64,000 nt of DNA from NCBI GenBank assembly GCA_963976765.1, contig CAXBME010000008.1, positions 1 to 64,000 of the forward strand, given 5' to 3'. Origin of the DNA: an uncultured Planctomycetaceae bacterium (GTDB lineage: Bacteria > Planctomycetota > Planctomycetia > Planctomycetales > Planctomycetaceae). Within the stretch, counting starts at the first letter, position 1. Each line of letters starts with the position of its first letter. The notes below the pieces were generated by a model. It was not told the DNA's origin. It did not search any database and was given only the letters and a program-made list of their open reading frames with translations. Positions 50,101 to 57,550 of this stretch are shown here, one piece after another. Made by a program: the position numbers and the translations under genes.

Positions 50101-52469
50101 AGCGTCGCTTCCAGTCCCTCAGCAATGTCGAGCTGACTGAGAGCATCCGCCGCGTCGCGACTCTCGCCCCCTCCACCTGATGGCGAGATCAGGCTCCCGC
50201 TGGGGCGTTTCGAGTAAACCGCGAACGTGACCGTCGAGCCGCACGGCTGATCGGTCCCGCCATTGTCGATCGCTCCGGTCGCTTTGAAATGAGTCGCACC
50301 GTCCGGCACGTCGAACTCAAGCAGAGAGTTCGCGTGAACTCCGATGCACTTCTCAATCGGCTTCCCGGCAACACGCGGAGCCTGACCGCCAGCATTCTTA
50401 TTCACATGCACCGCACCGAAGCCGGTTGAGGCCGACTTCCACTTCAGCTCGGTGAGACTTTCCTCGCTGTCCTTGCCAACGAAGCGGGGATTCACCCAGT
50501 CCGCCCAGTCGCAGCCGAATCCGTCGCCGCCATCGGTGACAACCAGAAACAACGACTTTGCACCGTTCAGTGGGACGTCGATCTCAACGGCGTGCCCTTT
50601 GGTCGCTTTCGTTATCACCGGGCTCTGAAAGAGCTTGCCATCGTCCGCCACCTGCGGAGCGTCAGCAGCTTTGGGTTCCAGTTTCGGAGCAGCGGCCGGA
50701 GCCAGCGACAACGACGCACGACCGTTCCAGGCATCGAGCTGTTTCTGAAGTCCTGAGAAATCGGTGCCCGGCTTCGGATCGAAGTCCTGATTCTCCTGCA
50801 GATCGTCGAGCGTCACTTCCGGGGATTCGACTCCGCCTTCCGGAACATCGGCCTTCGAGCACCACACGATCGCGTTCAACACAACCTTGCGGAAATTCGG
50901 ATTGCCCCAGTTCCAGTGATTGTGTCCGCCCGTAAATCCAAAGCCGCGACTGCCGCTTTCGTTCTCAGAGGCCCAGGCCATGTGCTGCGGTTCTTTGCGA
51001 ACCAGTACGGCTTCGCGCACGTGCGGGTTGTTATTGTGAGCGTTCTCCGGTCGAGCCAGCGAACCATCTTCCCGCACCAGAGTGTTCGACGGCGGCAGAT
51101 CGGTGAGGATCGGCGTCACGCCCTTCATCTCCGGGCGGAACCGCATGTGGTAGTACCACTCGTCGTTGATCTCGAACGGCTTCACACCATTCGAAATCGG
51201 ATGCTTCGGGAACTTCGTGTACTTTGCCGTCCAGTGCGGATTCACCGACCAGTGAGCTTCGAAGTAGCCGCCAATCCAGTCCAGAAACTTTTTGCCGGCC
51301 GGATCGGCTTCGACTTCCACTCCGTAATGAATCGCGACAACGCCGACGCCCTGCTTCGAGTAGGCGTCCACCTGTTCGAGATGCGGCACGACCATGTGAC
51401 GACCGCCGCCGTCGCAGTACATGACGATGCAGTCAAAGCCGTCGAGCGCGTTCGGGTCTTTCGGCCAACCGTCAGTAAAGACCGCCGTATCGAAACCCGG
51501 CATCGAACGTTCGAGCGATCGAGCCAGCAGAATGTTTCCGGCCTTGTGCTCGTGTGCCCCGTACCCGTGACTGCGATTTCCCGAAACAAACGCAACCCGC
51601 TTGTTCCGCGACGGCTTGCTGTCAACTGCAGCAAAGCCTGAGAAACTGGTTGAGGCCACATTCGTTTCGACGCTCTGCGTATGAGAACGTGGAGAGTTGG
51701 AGTGAGCAGTATCAGTCGTCAGTCGTTTTTTTTTTGAGGTCGCCTCAGCCGACTTCTTCTCGCCGAGTTGCTTGATCATGATCTGGCGAAACTGCACGAC
51801 CATCGGCGGCCCAGCGTGCAGTTGCAGAGCGAGAATTCCGGTCGCTCGAGCTTCATCGTCTTCATCCGTGCATTCGATCGTTGCGACGCCGTTGATGAAG
51901 TGCTTGAAGTGGTTGCCTTTCGCGACAATGTGATAGTCGTTCCAGTCTTCGTTTTTGATTTTCGATTGAATTTCAGCCGAGTCGCCGACCGAGCCAACGA
52001 CTTTCGGCTTACCGTCTTCGCCGATGACCGTCTTCTGACCACGGTTGGCCAGGATTCCGCGGAAACGTTCTCCGTAAAGAATCCCCGAGTACGTTTTGCC
52101 GGCTTCGAAGTCGCCCTGATAACCGCCAACGACCCACTTGTTGTTCTCAACTTCGAAACTGCGGTACTGAATGCCGGAGTTCCCGCCAACGATCTTGTAT
52201 TGCAGCTTCAGTTCGAAATCGCCGACTTCACCACCGCGCCAGATGATGAACGTGTTACCTTTGGTCGGATTATCTTTGGTCGTCCGGCCAGTAATTGCTC
52301 CGTCTTGAACACTCCAGAACGCAGGATTGCCGTCCCACTTATCGAGTGTCTTGCCATCAAAGATCGATTTCCAGCCATCATCGGCGCTGGCTGTCGACGA
52401 AGTTGCAAGTGGCAGTACGATGGCGGCGGTCATCAGCGACAGCAAAGCGATTCGCAGGGTGCGGAGCAT
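47130..52469 (-). CDS. Secreted multidomain PVC-type heme-binding protein: DUF1080 - ThuA-like - NPCBM - beta-propeller (GSDH-like) - HEAT repeats - cytochrome c
   Basis: Signal peptide; DUF1080 (IFDGKTL..W, NSGIQYRS, LQLH); ThuA (SHGYGAHEH, DEWYY, GGHNH); NPCBM (DWADW, IGVHANS); FRNNWE propeller; CANCH followed by GPDLS. Confidence 0.9.
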   Translation of the reverse strand: MLRTLRIALLSLMTAAIVLPLATSSTASADDGWKSIFDGKTLDKWDGNPAFWSVQDGAITGRTTKDNPTKGNTFIIWRGGEVGDFELKLQYKIVGGNSGIQYRSFEVENNKWVVGGYQGDFEAGKTYSGILYGERFRGILANRGQKTVIGEDGKPKVVGSVGDSAEIQSKIKNEDWNDYHIVAKGNHFKHFINGVATIECTDEDDEARATGILALQLHAGPPMVVQFRQIMIKQLGEKKSAEATSKKKRLTTDTAHSNSPRSHTQSVETNVASTSFSGFAAVDSKPSRNKRVAFVSGNRSHGYGAHEHKAGNILLARSLERSMPGFDTAVFTDGWPKDPNALDGFDCIVMYCDGGGRHMVVPHLEQVDAYSKQGVGVVAIHYGVEVEADPAGKKFLDWIGGYFEAHWSVNPHWTAKYTKFPKHPISNGVKPFEINDEWYYHMRFRPEMKGVTPILTDLPPSNTLVREDGSLARPENAHNNNPHVREAVLVRKEPQHMAWASENESGSRGFGFTGGHNHWNWGNPNFRKVVLNAIVWCSKADVPEGGVESPEVTLDDLQENQDFDPKPGTDFSGLQKQLDAWNGRASLSLAPAAAPKLEPKAADAPQVADDGKLFQSPVITKATKGHAVEIDVPLNGAKSLFLVVTDGGDGFGCDWADWVNPRFVGKDSEESLTELKWKSASTGFGAVHVNKNAGGQAPRVAGKPIEKCIGVHANSLLEFDVPDGATHFKATGAIDNGGTDQPCGSTVTFAVYSKRPSGSLISPSGGGGESRDAADALSQLDIAEGLEATLFASEAAEPAVLSISAIDIDHKGRVWVCEVVNYRHRLGERPEGDRILVLEDTNADGIADKQTVFYQGREVDTAHGICVLGNRVIVSAGDKVMNFYDDNGDSKADRHDIMFQGISGTQHDHGIHAFSFGPDGKLYFNFGNSGNQIKDKDGNVVKDLAGNDVVANRKPYQEGMAFRCDLDGSHLETLGWNFRNNWELCIDSFGSIWQSDNDDDGNRGVRINYVMEFGNYGYKDEFTGAGWRDDRTNIESEIPLRHWHLNDPGVMPNLLQTGAGAPTGICLYEGDLLPEVFRGQIIHCDAGPNVVRAYPVRNDGAGYSAWTQDLLVGTRDKWFRPSDVVVAPDGSLIIADWYDPGVGGHRMGDAEKGRLFRVAPPNSPYKAPAYDFDSIDGAIVALQSPNLEARYLAWTKLHAEGEKAVPALTKLFNESTNPRMRARALWLLGKRHEGGEKAVATAIKDADPNIRILGLRLARQIYRPVPGSLNTAAMLASIGHLVKDPSPQVRRECAVALHEFRESGESSETHHIGGKARLWTELATQHDGEDRWYLEALGIGADQDWDACLDALMDQVKTGGEAVFPGKQAWLDIVWRSRGSRSAELLAMQIGTGNAPNEDLPRFMRAFDFVSSENKESALFGLAFGYDGRGDTERANFVNAEAIKRLGSNVKSKDGALAALNKMLDRLAGTSQFVELVAKFEMADRYPTLVELAITHPGDQLGVDAVNALIEKKQWDLISAVLNSDDEKTPLAMVQALQVSGNGGAVGLLLPIVRNGDKPAELRRQATQAVGASRNGVQRLIDMAKKDEIDAQLMPAVAASLHGSSVKQIRDEAQKLFPLPPGKDAKPLPPISDLVARRGDAARGAELFAKTGTCANCHIVNKQGKDVGPDLSEIGSKLSRTAFFESILFPSAGIAHNYEMYSVVLDDGNVVSGLMTSQTDQAVTIKNKDGISRTIPTGDIDEIVKQKISIMPADLQKLLSEQDLVDVVEYLQTLKKATK
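51726..51735 (-). repeat. A10 homopolymer in the coding strand at the DUF1080/ThuA linker
   Basis: T10 on the + strand; reads TCA AAA AAA AAA CGA on the - strand. Confidence 0.9.
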
Positions 52470-52709
52470 GGAGTCTTCCTCTTGTCTTATTCGGGAAGGA
52501 GACCGGTCTGAAAAGACGCGGCCGGCAGGCAGTTTTGCAGGGCGACAGTATTAGAGAGTTTGACGGGCGAAACAATGGACGGAGGGTGTTCCGGTGAGGT
52601 CGTCGTTTGCCCTGCCTCCGGAAATGTCTCCGTAATTGATAGGATGCCCTGTCCAGCCGCAGCGTTTCAACTCTCAGGACGATCAAGCCATTGATTTAAG
52701 TCATCAGTC

Positions 52710-53771
52710 ATGTTTTACCACTCGGCATCGAAACTGTTCACGCTGCTTGCAATCGGCGGGATCATTATCGCGCAGGCCCCGAATCATACGTTCGCCCAAC
52801 CGGAGATTCCGGAAACGGTCGATACCAGCGGTATTCGCTTTCTGACTCCAAACACGCTGGTTCAAATTGACTCGGGTTTGAAGTGGTTGTCGGTTCGGCA
52901 GAACGAGGATGGTGCCTTCGGAGTCCGTCGCGGGTATGGTCGAAACGTTGCTGTCGTGTCTCTGGCAGGGATGGCCTGGCTGTCGTCGGGAAGCAGTCCT
53001 GGCCGCGGCCCGTACGGCGTAAACATTCAAAGAGCGACAGACTTCATTCTCAGCTCGTGCCGATCAAGCGGGTTCATCAACGTGCCGGAGGGGCAGTCTC
53101 ACGGGCCGATGTACGGACACGGTTTTGCCACGCTGTACCTGGCCGAGGTCTACGGCATGACGCCTCGGAAGGACGTCCGCGAGAAGCTTGAGAAGGCAGT
53201 CAGGCTGATCATTTCCTGTCAGAACAAAGAAGGCGGCTGGCGTTACGAGAACGAACCCAACGAAGCCGATGTCTCGGTCACGGTTTGCCAGATCATGGCG
53301 TTGCGGGCTGCTCGCAACTGCGGGTTGTTCGTGCCGAAAGACGTGGTCGATCGATGTATCGACTACGCGAAGCAATGCCAGAATGACGACGGCGGATTTC
53401 GTTATCAGCTCGTCCGACGAAGCAGCAGCCAGTTTGCACGATCGGCGGCGGGCCTCGTCGCTCTGTACAGCGCTGGAGTCTACGACGGGCCGGAAATTGG
53501 CCGGGCACTGGCTTACCTGGAACGTCACCGGCCTGGCGGAATGATCGACCCGCACTATTACTACGGGCATTACTACGCCGTGCAGGCTCAATACCAGGCT
53601 GGCGGCGATCACTGGAATCGCTGGTTTCCCCGCATTCGTGATCAGCTGCTCAACGATCAGCAGAAAGACGGCAGCTGGTCGGACCTGACTTTCTCAAACG
53701 AGTACGCCACGGCGATGTCCTGCATCATCCTGCAGATCCCGAACAACCACCTTCCGATCTTCAAGAGGTAA
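52710..53771 (+). CDS. Prenyltransferase/squalene-oxidase (QW) repeat protein
   Basis: Repeats RQNEDGAF, CQNKEGGWRY, CQNDDGGFRY and QQKDGSW; MYGHGFATL..AE; N-terminal signal. Confidence 0.88.
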   Translation: MFYHSASKLFTLLAIGGIIIAQAPNHTFAQPEIPETVDTSGIRFLTPNTLVQIDSGLKWLSVRQNEDGAFGVRRGYGRNVAVVSLAGMAWLSSGSSPGRGPYGVNIQRATDFILSSCRSSGFINVPEGQSHGPMYGHGFATLYLAEVYGMTPRKDVREKLEKAVRLIISCQNKEGGWRYENEPNEADVSVTVCQIMALRAARNCGLFVPKDVVDRCIDYAKQCQNDDGGFRYQLVRRSSSQFARSAAGLVALYSAGVYDGPEIGRALAYLERHRPGGMIDPHYYYGHYYAVQAQYQAGGDHWNRWFPRIRDQLLNDQQKDGSWSDLTFSNEYATAMSCIILQIPNNHLPIFKR

Positions 53772-53799
53772 CGTCCGGGAGGAAATAAGGCTCGAACGT

Positions 53800-53884
53800 G
53801 ATTTGCTGTGGAGTCGCCGGTCGCCAGGAGTGACACTGCTGTGCGGCTGCTTCCTGGCTTCTGGATGTAACGCCTTCGGCTTAA
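53800..53884. repeat. Degenerate intergenic REP/MITE-like remnant
   Basis: Ends in TGTAACGCCTTCGGCTTAA, recalled as a common planctomycete palindrome type; single copy in this window. Confidence 0.3.
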
Positions 53885-54135
53885 CTCGAGTTCCCGGTTG
53901 CGTGATCGCGATCTCCGCCAGGCGGTTGCCAGTCTCCTCGTTCGTCTCTCGCCGTAAACCGTCTGTAACGGTCACTCCGGATTGCCGGTTTGCTGATGAG
54001 TTAAATCTCCCGCCTGTTCCGATTTGGCAGGTCTGCTTCCGCCCGTCGCTCAATCGTGCGGCATATTCAGGTGGAGCTTGACGTTTCTGTGGATGCCGTA
54101 GTCCGCACGCGACATGCCTGATCAGGAGAAGGTGG

Positions 54136-55311
54136 ATGGACATTGCGATTGTGACGGGGGCGGCCGGGCTGATCGGAGCCGAGGCGGTGCGACTGTTCGC
54201 CAGCCGCGGCTACAAGGTCGTTGGCATCGACAACAACATGCGGGAAGTCTTCTTCGGCAAAGACGCATCGACTGCCTGGAGCCGCAGGAGCCTCGAATCG
54301 ACCGTTGCCAACTATCAGCACTTCGATGTCGACATCCGTGACCAGGTCTTCGTGAATCAGGTTTTCGCCGAGTTTAACAGCGACGTCCGAGCGATCATTC
54401 ACACCGCCGCGCAGCCGTCTCATGACTGGGCCGCGTCTCAGCCGCAGGTTGATTTCAGCGTGAACGCGAACGGAACGTTAAACCTGCTTGAAGCGTGTCG
54501 CGAGTTTTGTCCGGAAGCGTCGTTCGTTTACACATCGACTAACAAGGTCTACGGAGACAACCCGAACCAGTTGCCGCTCATCGAACTGGATACTCGCTGG
54601 GAAGTTGACCCGTCGCATCCGTTCTCAAAGCAGGGCATCGACGAGACGATGTCCGTTGATCATACGACTCATTCACTGTTTGGAGTGTCGAAGCTTGCTG
54701 CCGACTCGCTCGTGCAGGAATACGGTCGTTACTTTGGCATGAAGACGGCTTGCTTCCGAGGAGGCTGTCTGACCGGTCCAGGACATTCCGGAACGCGGCT
54801 GCACGGTTTTCTGTCATACCTCGTGAAGTGTGCACTGACGGGCGATGAGTACACGATCAACGGTTACCAGGGGAAGCAGGTTCGCGACAATATTCACTCG
54901 GCGGATCTGGTCGAGATGTTCTGGCACTTCCACCAGAACCCGCGTTGCGGCGAGGTCTACAACGCTGGCGGCAGCCGGCACAGCCACTGCTCGATGATGG
55001 AAGCCATCTCGCTGATTGAAGAGCTGACCGATCGGAAGATGAACGTGTCCTACACCGATCAGAACCGGATCGGTGACCACATCTGGTACGTCAGCGACAC
55101 GAGAAAATTCCAGTCGCACTATCCTGGCTGGTATTACGGTTACTCGCTTCGCTCCACCGTCAAAGAGATTATCGAGGCACATGTTCAACGGAGTCTTCAG
55201 ATCGAAAAAGAGAGTCAGCGATCAGCATCGGTCGGCACGTCGGCGATCGATTCAATCCTAAAGAACATCCAGCCAGCAGGAGCAGCTTCGTGCGATTCGG
55301 TTCGATCCTGA
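54136..55311 (+). CDS. NAD-dependent epimerase/dehydratase (CDP-paratose 2-epimerase RfbE-like)
   Basis: [29 protein letters not shown] and GKQVRD motifs. Confidence 0.9.
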   Translation: MDIAIVTGAAGLIGAEAVRLFASRGYKVVGIDNNMREVFFGKDASTAWSRRSLESTVANYQHFDVDIRDQVFVNQVFAEFNSDVRAIIHTAAQPSHDWAASQPQVDFSVNANGTLNLLEACREFCPEASFVYTSTNKVYGDNPNQLPLIELDTRWEVDPSHPFSKQGIDETMSVDHTTHSLFGVSKLAADSLVQEYGRYFGMKTACFRGGCLTGPGHSGTRLHGFLSYLVKCALTGDEYTINGYQGKQVRDNIHSADLVEMFWHFHQNPRCGEVYNAGGSRHSHCSMMEAISLIEELTDRKMNVSYTDQNRIGDHIWYVSDTRKFQSHYPGWYYGYSLRSTVKEIIEAHVQRSLQIEKESQRSASVGTSAIDSILKNIQPAGAASCDSVRS

Positions 55312-56360
55312 TCACCGGCGGCGCTGGCTTTGTGGGAGCCAACCTGTCGCTGTATCTGAAACAGAGTTTTCCAGGGGCCCGTGTGGTCGCTCTGGATAAT
55401 CTTTCTCGGCGTGGCAGCGAATTGAACCTTCCTCGGCTGCGCGATGGTGAGGTCGACTTCCTGCATGGCGATGTTCGCTGCCCCGAAGATTTGCAGCGCT
55501 GTCCCGATTTTGACCTGCTTATCGATTGTTCGGCAGAACCGTCCGTGCAGGCCGGAGCAGATTCCTCGCCGCGGTTCGTGCTCAACGCCAACCTGCTGGG
55601 AACCATCAACTGCCTTGAAGAAACACGCGAACGTGATGCGGCGTTTCTCTTCCTGAGCACGAGCCGCGTTTACCCGATTGCTCGGCTCAACGAGTTGCCG
55701 TACGCTGAAAGCGGATCACGCTTCGAATGGCAGATCCAGAACGGAATTCGTGGCGCGTCAGCAGCGGGCGTTAGTGAAGAGTTTCCGCTGGAGGGCGCGC
55801 GTTCGTTCTACGGAGCAAGCAAGCTGTCCGGCGAGTTGCTCGTCGCGGAGTACGTTCACAACTACGGAATGGAATGCCTCATCAACCGTTGCGGCGTGCT
55901 GGCCGGTCCCTGGCAGATGGGCAAGGTCGATCAGGGCGTGATCACGCTGTGGGTCTCGCGGCATCAGTTTAATCGGCCACTCAGTTATCGAGGCTTCGAC
56001 GGTCAGGGGAAACAGGTGCGCGACGTTCTGCACGTGCTCGATCTGTGCGAGCTGATCGGGCAGCAACTGAGCAGCGATACCGGCTGGAACGGCAGCGTCT
56101 TTAATGTCGGAGGGGGCGTCGACGTCTCGATATCTCTGCGAGAACTCACTGACGTCTGTCAGGATGTCACCAGCTCGAAAATCGAAATCGGATCCGTTCC
56201 GGAAACCAGCGACCTGGACCTGCGGATCTATCTGACCGATTCATCAAGAGTTCAACAAACCTACGGCTGGAAGCCGCAACGTTCCGTTCAGAACATCGTC
56301 GAGGATATCCACGGCTGGATCCTGAATAACCAGAGCCAACTGAAAACGGTGCTGGCGTGA
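55290..56360 (+). CDS. Second NAD-dependent epimerase/dehydratase (RfbE-like)
   Basis: [30 protein letters not shown] and GKQVRD motifs; overlaps the upstream gene. Confidence 0.9.
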   Translation: MRFGSILITGGAGFVGANLSLYLKQSFPGARVVALDNLSRRGSELNLPRLRDGEVDFLHGDVRCPEDLQRCPDFDLLIDCSAEPSVQAGADSSPRFVLNANLLGTINCLEETRERDAAFLFLSTSRVYPIARLNELPYAESGSRFEWQIQNGIRGASAAGVSEEFPLEGARSFYGASKLSGELLVAEYVHNYGMECLINRCGVLAGPWQMGKVDQGVITLWVSRHQFNRPLSYRGFDGQGKQVRDVLHVLDLCELIGQQLSSDTGWNGSVFNVGGGVDVSISLRELTDVCQDVTSSKIEIGSVPETSDLDLRIYLTDSSRVQQTYGWKPQRSVQNIVEDIHGWILNNQSQLKTVLA

Positions 56361-56540
56361 CCCGGTAAAGGATTGAACCAGGTGCTCAGCCAGAATGGCT
56401 GAGTGCCGCAGACGCAAGATGAATCTCCATCAGATTGCACACTACGAAAGGACGTCCCACTTAAATCGGCCACAGATGATTCGACATCCTGTCGCTTCGT
56501 GACTCAGCCATGCTGGCTGGCCACCAGTCGCAATCATTAG

Positions 56541-56610
56541 TCACGGATGGGCACTGTATTTTTTCGGATGCTTCAGAAGAACATCCGTGTTGATCCGCGT
56601 AATCCGTGGT
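56541..56610. repeat. Degenerate CACGGAT..ATCCGTG palindromic element
   Basis: TCACGGATG at the left and ATCCGTGTTGATCCGCGTAATCCGTGG (three ATCCG units) at the right. Confidence 0.5.
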
Positions 56611-56644
56611 TCTTAATGCTGCATGAATCAAGTCGCGAGTTGAA

Positions 56645-57550
56645 ATGAAACTGTCCATTGTCATTCCTGCCTACAACGAAGCTGGCAACATCGCCGCCTG
56701 CGTGAAAGAACTGCAGGATGTCATCGGCGTTCGCGAAGGACTCGACTACGAAATCATCGTCGTTAACGACAACAGCACAGACGAAACCGCCGACATTGTG
56801 CGGAAACTGATCGAGCAGGATCCGTCGGTCAGGCTGGTCGACCGAACGCCGCCGGGTGGCTTTGGGCGAGCAATCCGATCAGGGCTCGACGCCGTCACTG
56901 GCGACGTTGTGGTGATTTACATGGCGGATCTGTCCGACGATCCAAATGACGTCATTGCTTACTGCCGTAAGATCGGAGAAGGCTACGACTGCGTCTTTGG
57001 TTCGAGGTTTCGTGCGGGCAGCAAAGTTCAGCATTACCCGTGGCTGAAGCTCGTCGTGAATCGGATCGTCAATCGGTGCATTCAACTGATGTTCTGGACG
57101 CCGTACAACGATCTTACGAATGCCTTCAAAGCATACCGCACGAGCGTCATTCGGGACTGTGGCCCGTACCAGGCAAGCCATTTTAATATCACGCTGGAAC
57201 TTTCGCTGAGCGCCCTGGTTCGCCGCTACCGGATCGCCGAGATTCCGATTTCATGGTCCGGGCGTCAGTGGGGTGCGTCGAACCTGCGGCTTCGTGAAAT
57301 GGGGCGACGATATCTCAGTACGTTGCTGATGATGTTCTTTCAGCGGATCCTCGTCGCGGACGACATCCGAGCGGAGTGCTCTTCCTCTCGCCGTCACAAG
57401 CCAGTAATCGCTGCTGATGATCGGCGAGACAATTCGGAAATCGAAGCTGATTGTGAAGAGCGTGATCTCGCAAGTGTGCTCGACGAATTGCGGCGAGTGC
57501 AGAAGGACTTACGGTCGCCAGTTGAGAAACCGACGGCGGTGAAGTCGTGA
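56645..57550 (+). CDS. GT2 glycosyltransferase, polyprenol-phosphate sugar synthase (Dpm1/GtrB-like)
   Basis: SIVIPAYNE, VNDNSTD, GFGRAI, MAD.SD, GSRF and D.TNAFKAYR motifs. Confidence 0.9.
   Translation: MKLSIVIPAYNEAGNIAACVKELQDVIGVREGLDYEIIVVNDNSTDETADIVRKLIEQDPSVRLVDRTPPGGFGRAIRSGLDAVTGDVVVIYMADLSDDPNDVIAYCRKIGEGYDCVFGSRFRAGSKVQHYPWLKLVVNRIVNRCIQLMFWTPYNDLTNAFKAYRTSVIRDCGPYQASHFNITLELSLSALVRRYRIAEIPISWSGRQWGASNLRLREMGRRYLSTLLMMFFQRILVADDIRAECSSSRRHKPVIAADDRRDNSEIEADCEERDLASVLDELRRVQKDLRSPVEKPTAVKS

Noticed and set aside
52710..53771. Squalene-hopene cyclase
   Set aside because: Only ~350 aa, with a signal peptide and no DxDD motif.
53840..53865. SRP RNA (AGGAAGCAGCC on the minus strand)
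   Set aside because: The CAGG..GGAA tetraloop helix and long flanking stem are missing; it fits a repeat remnant better.
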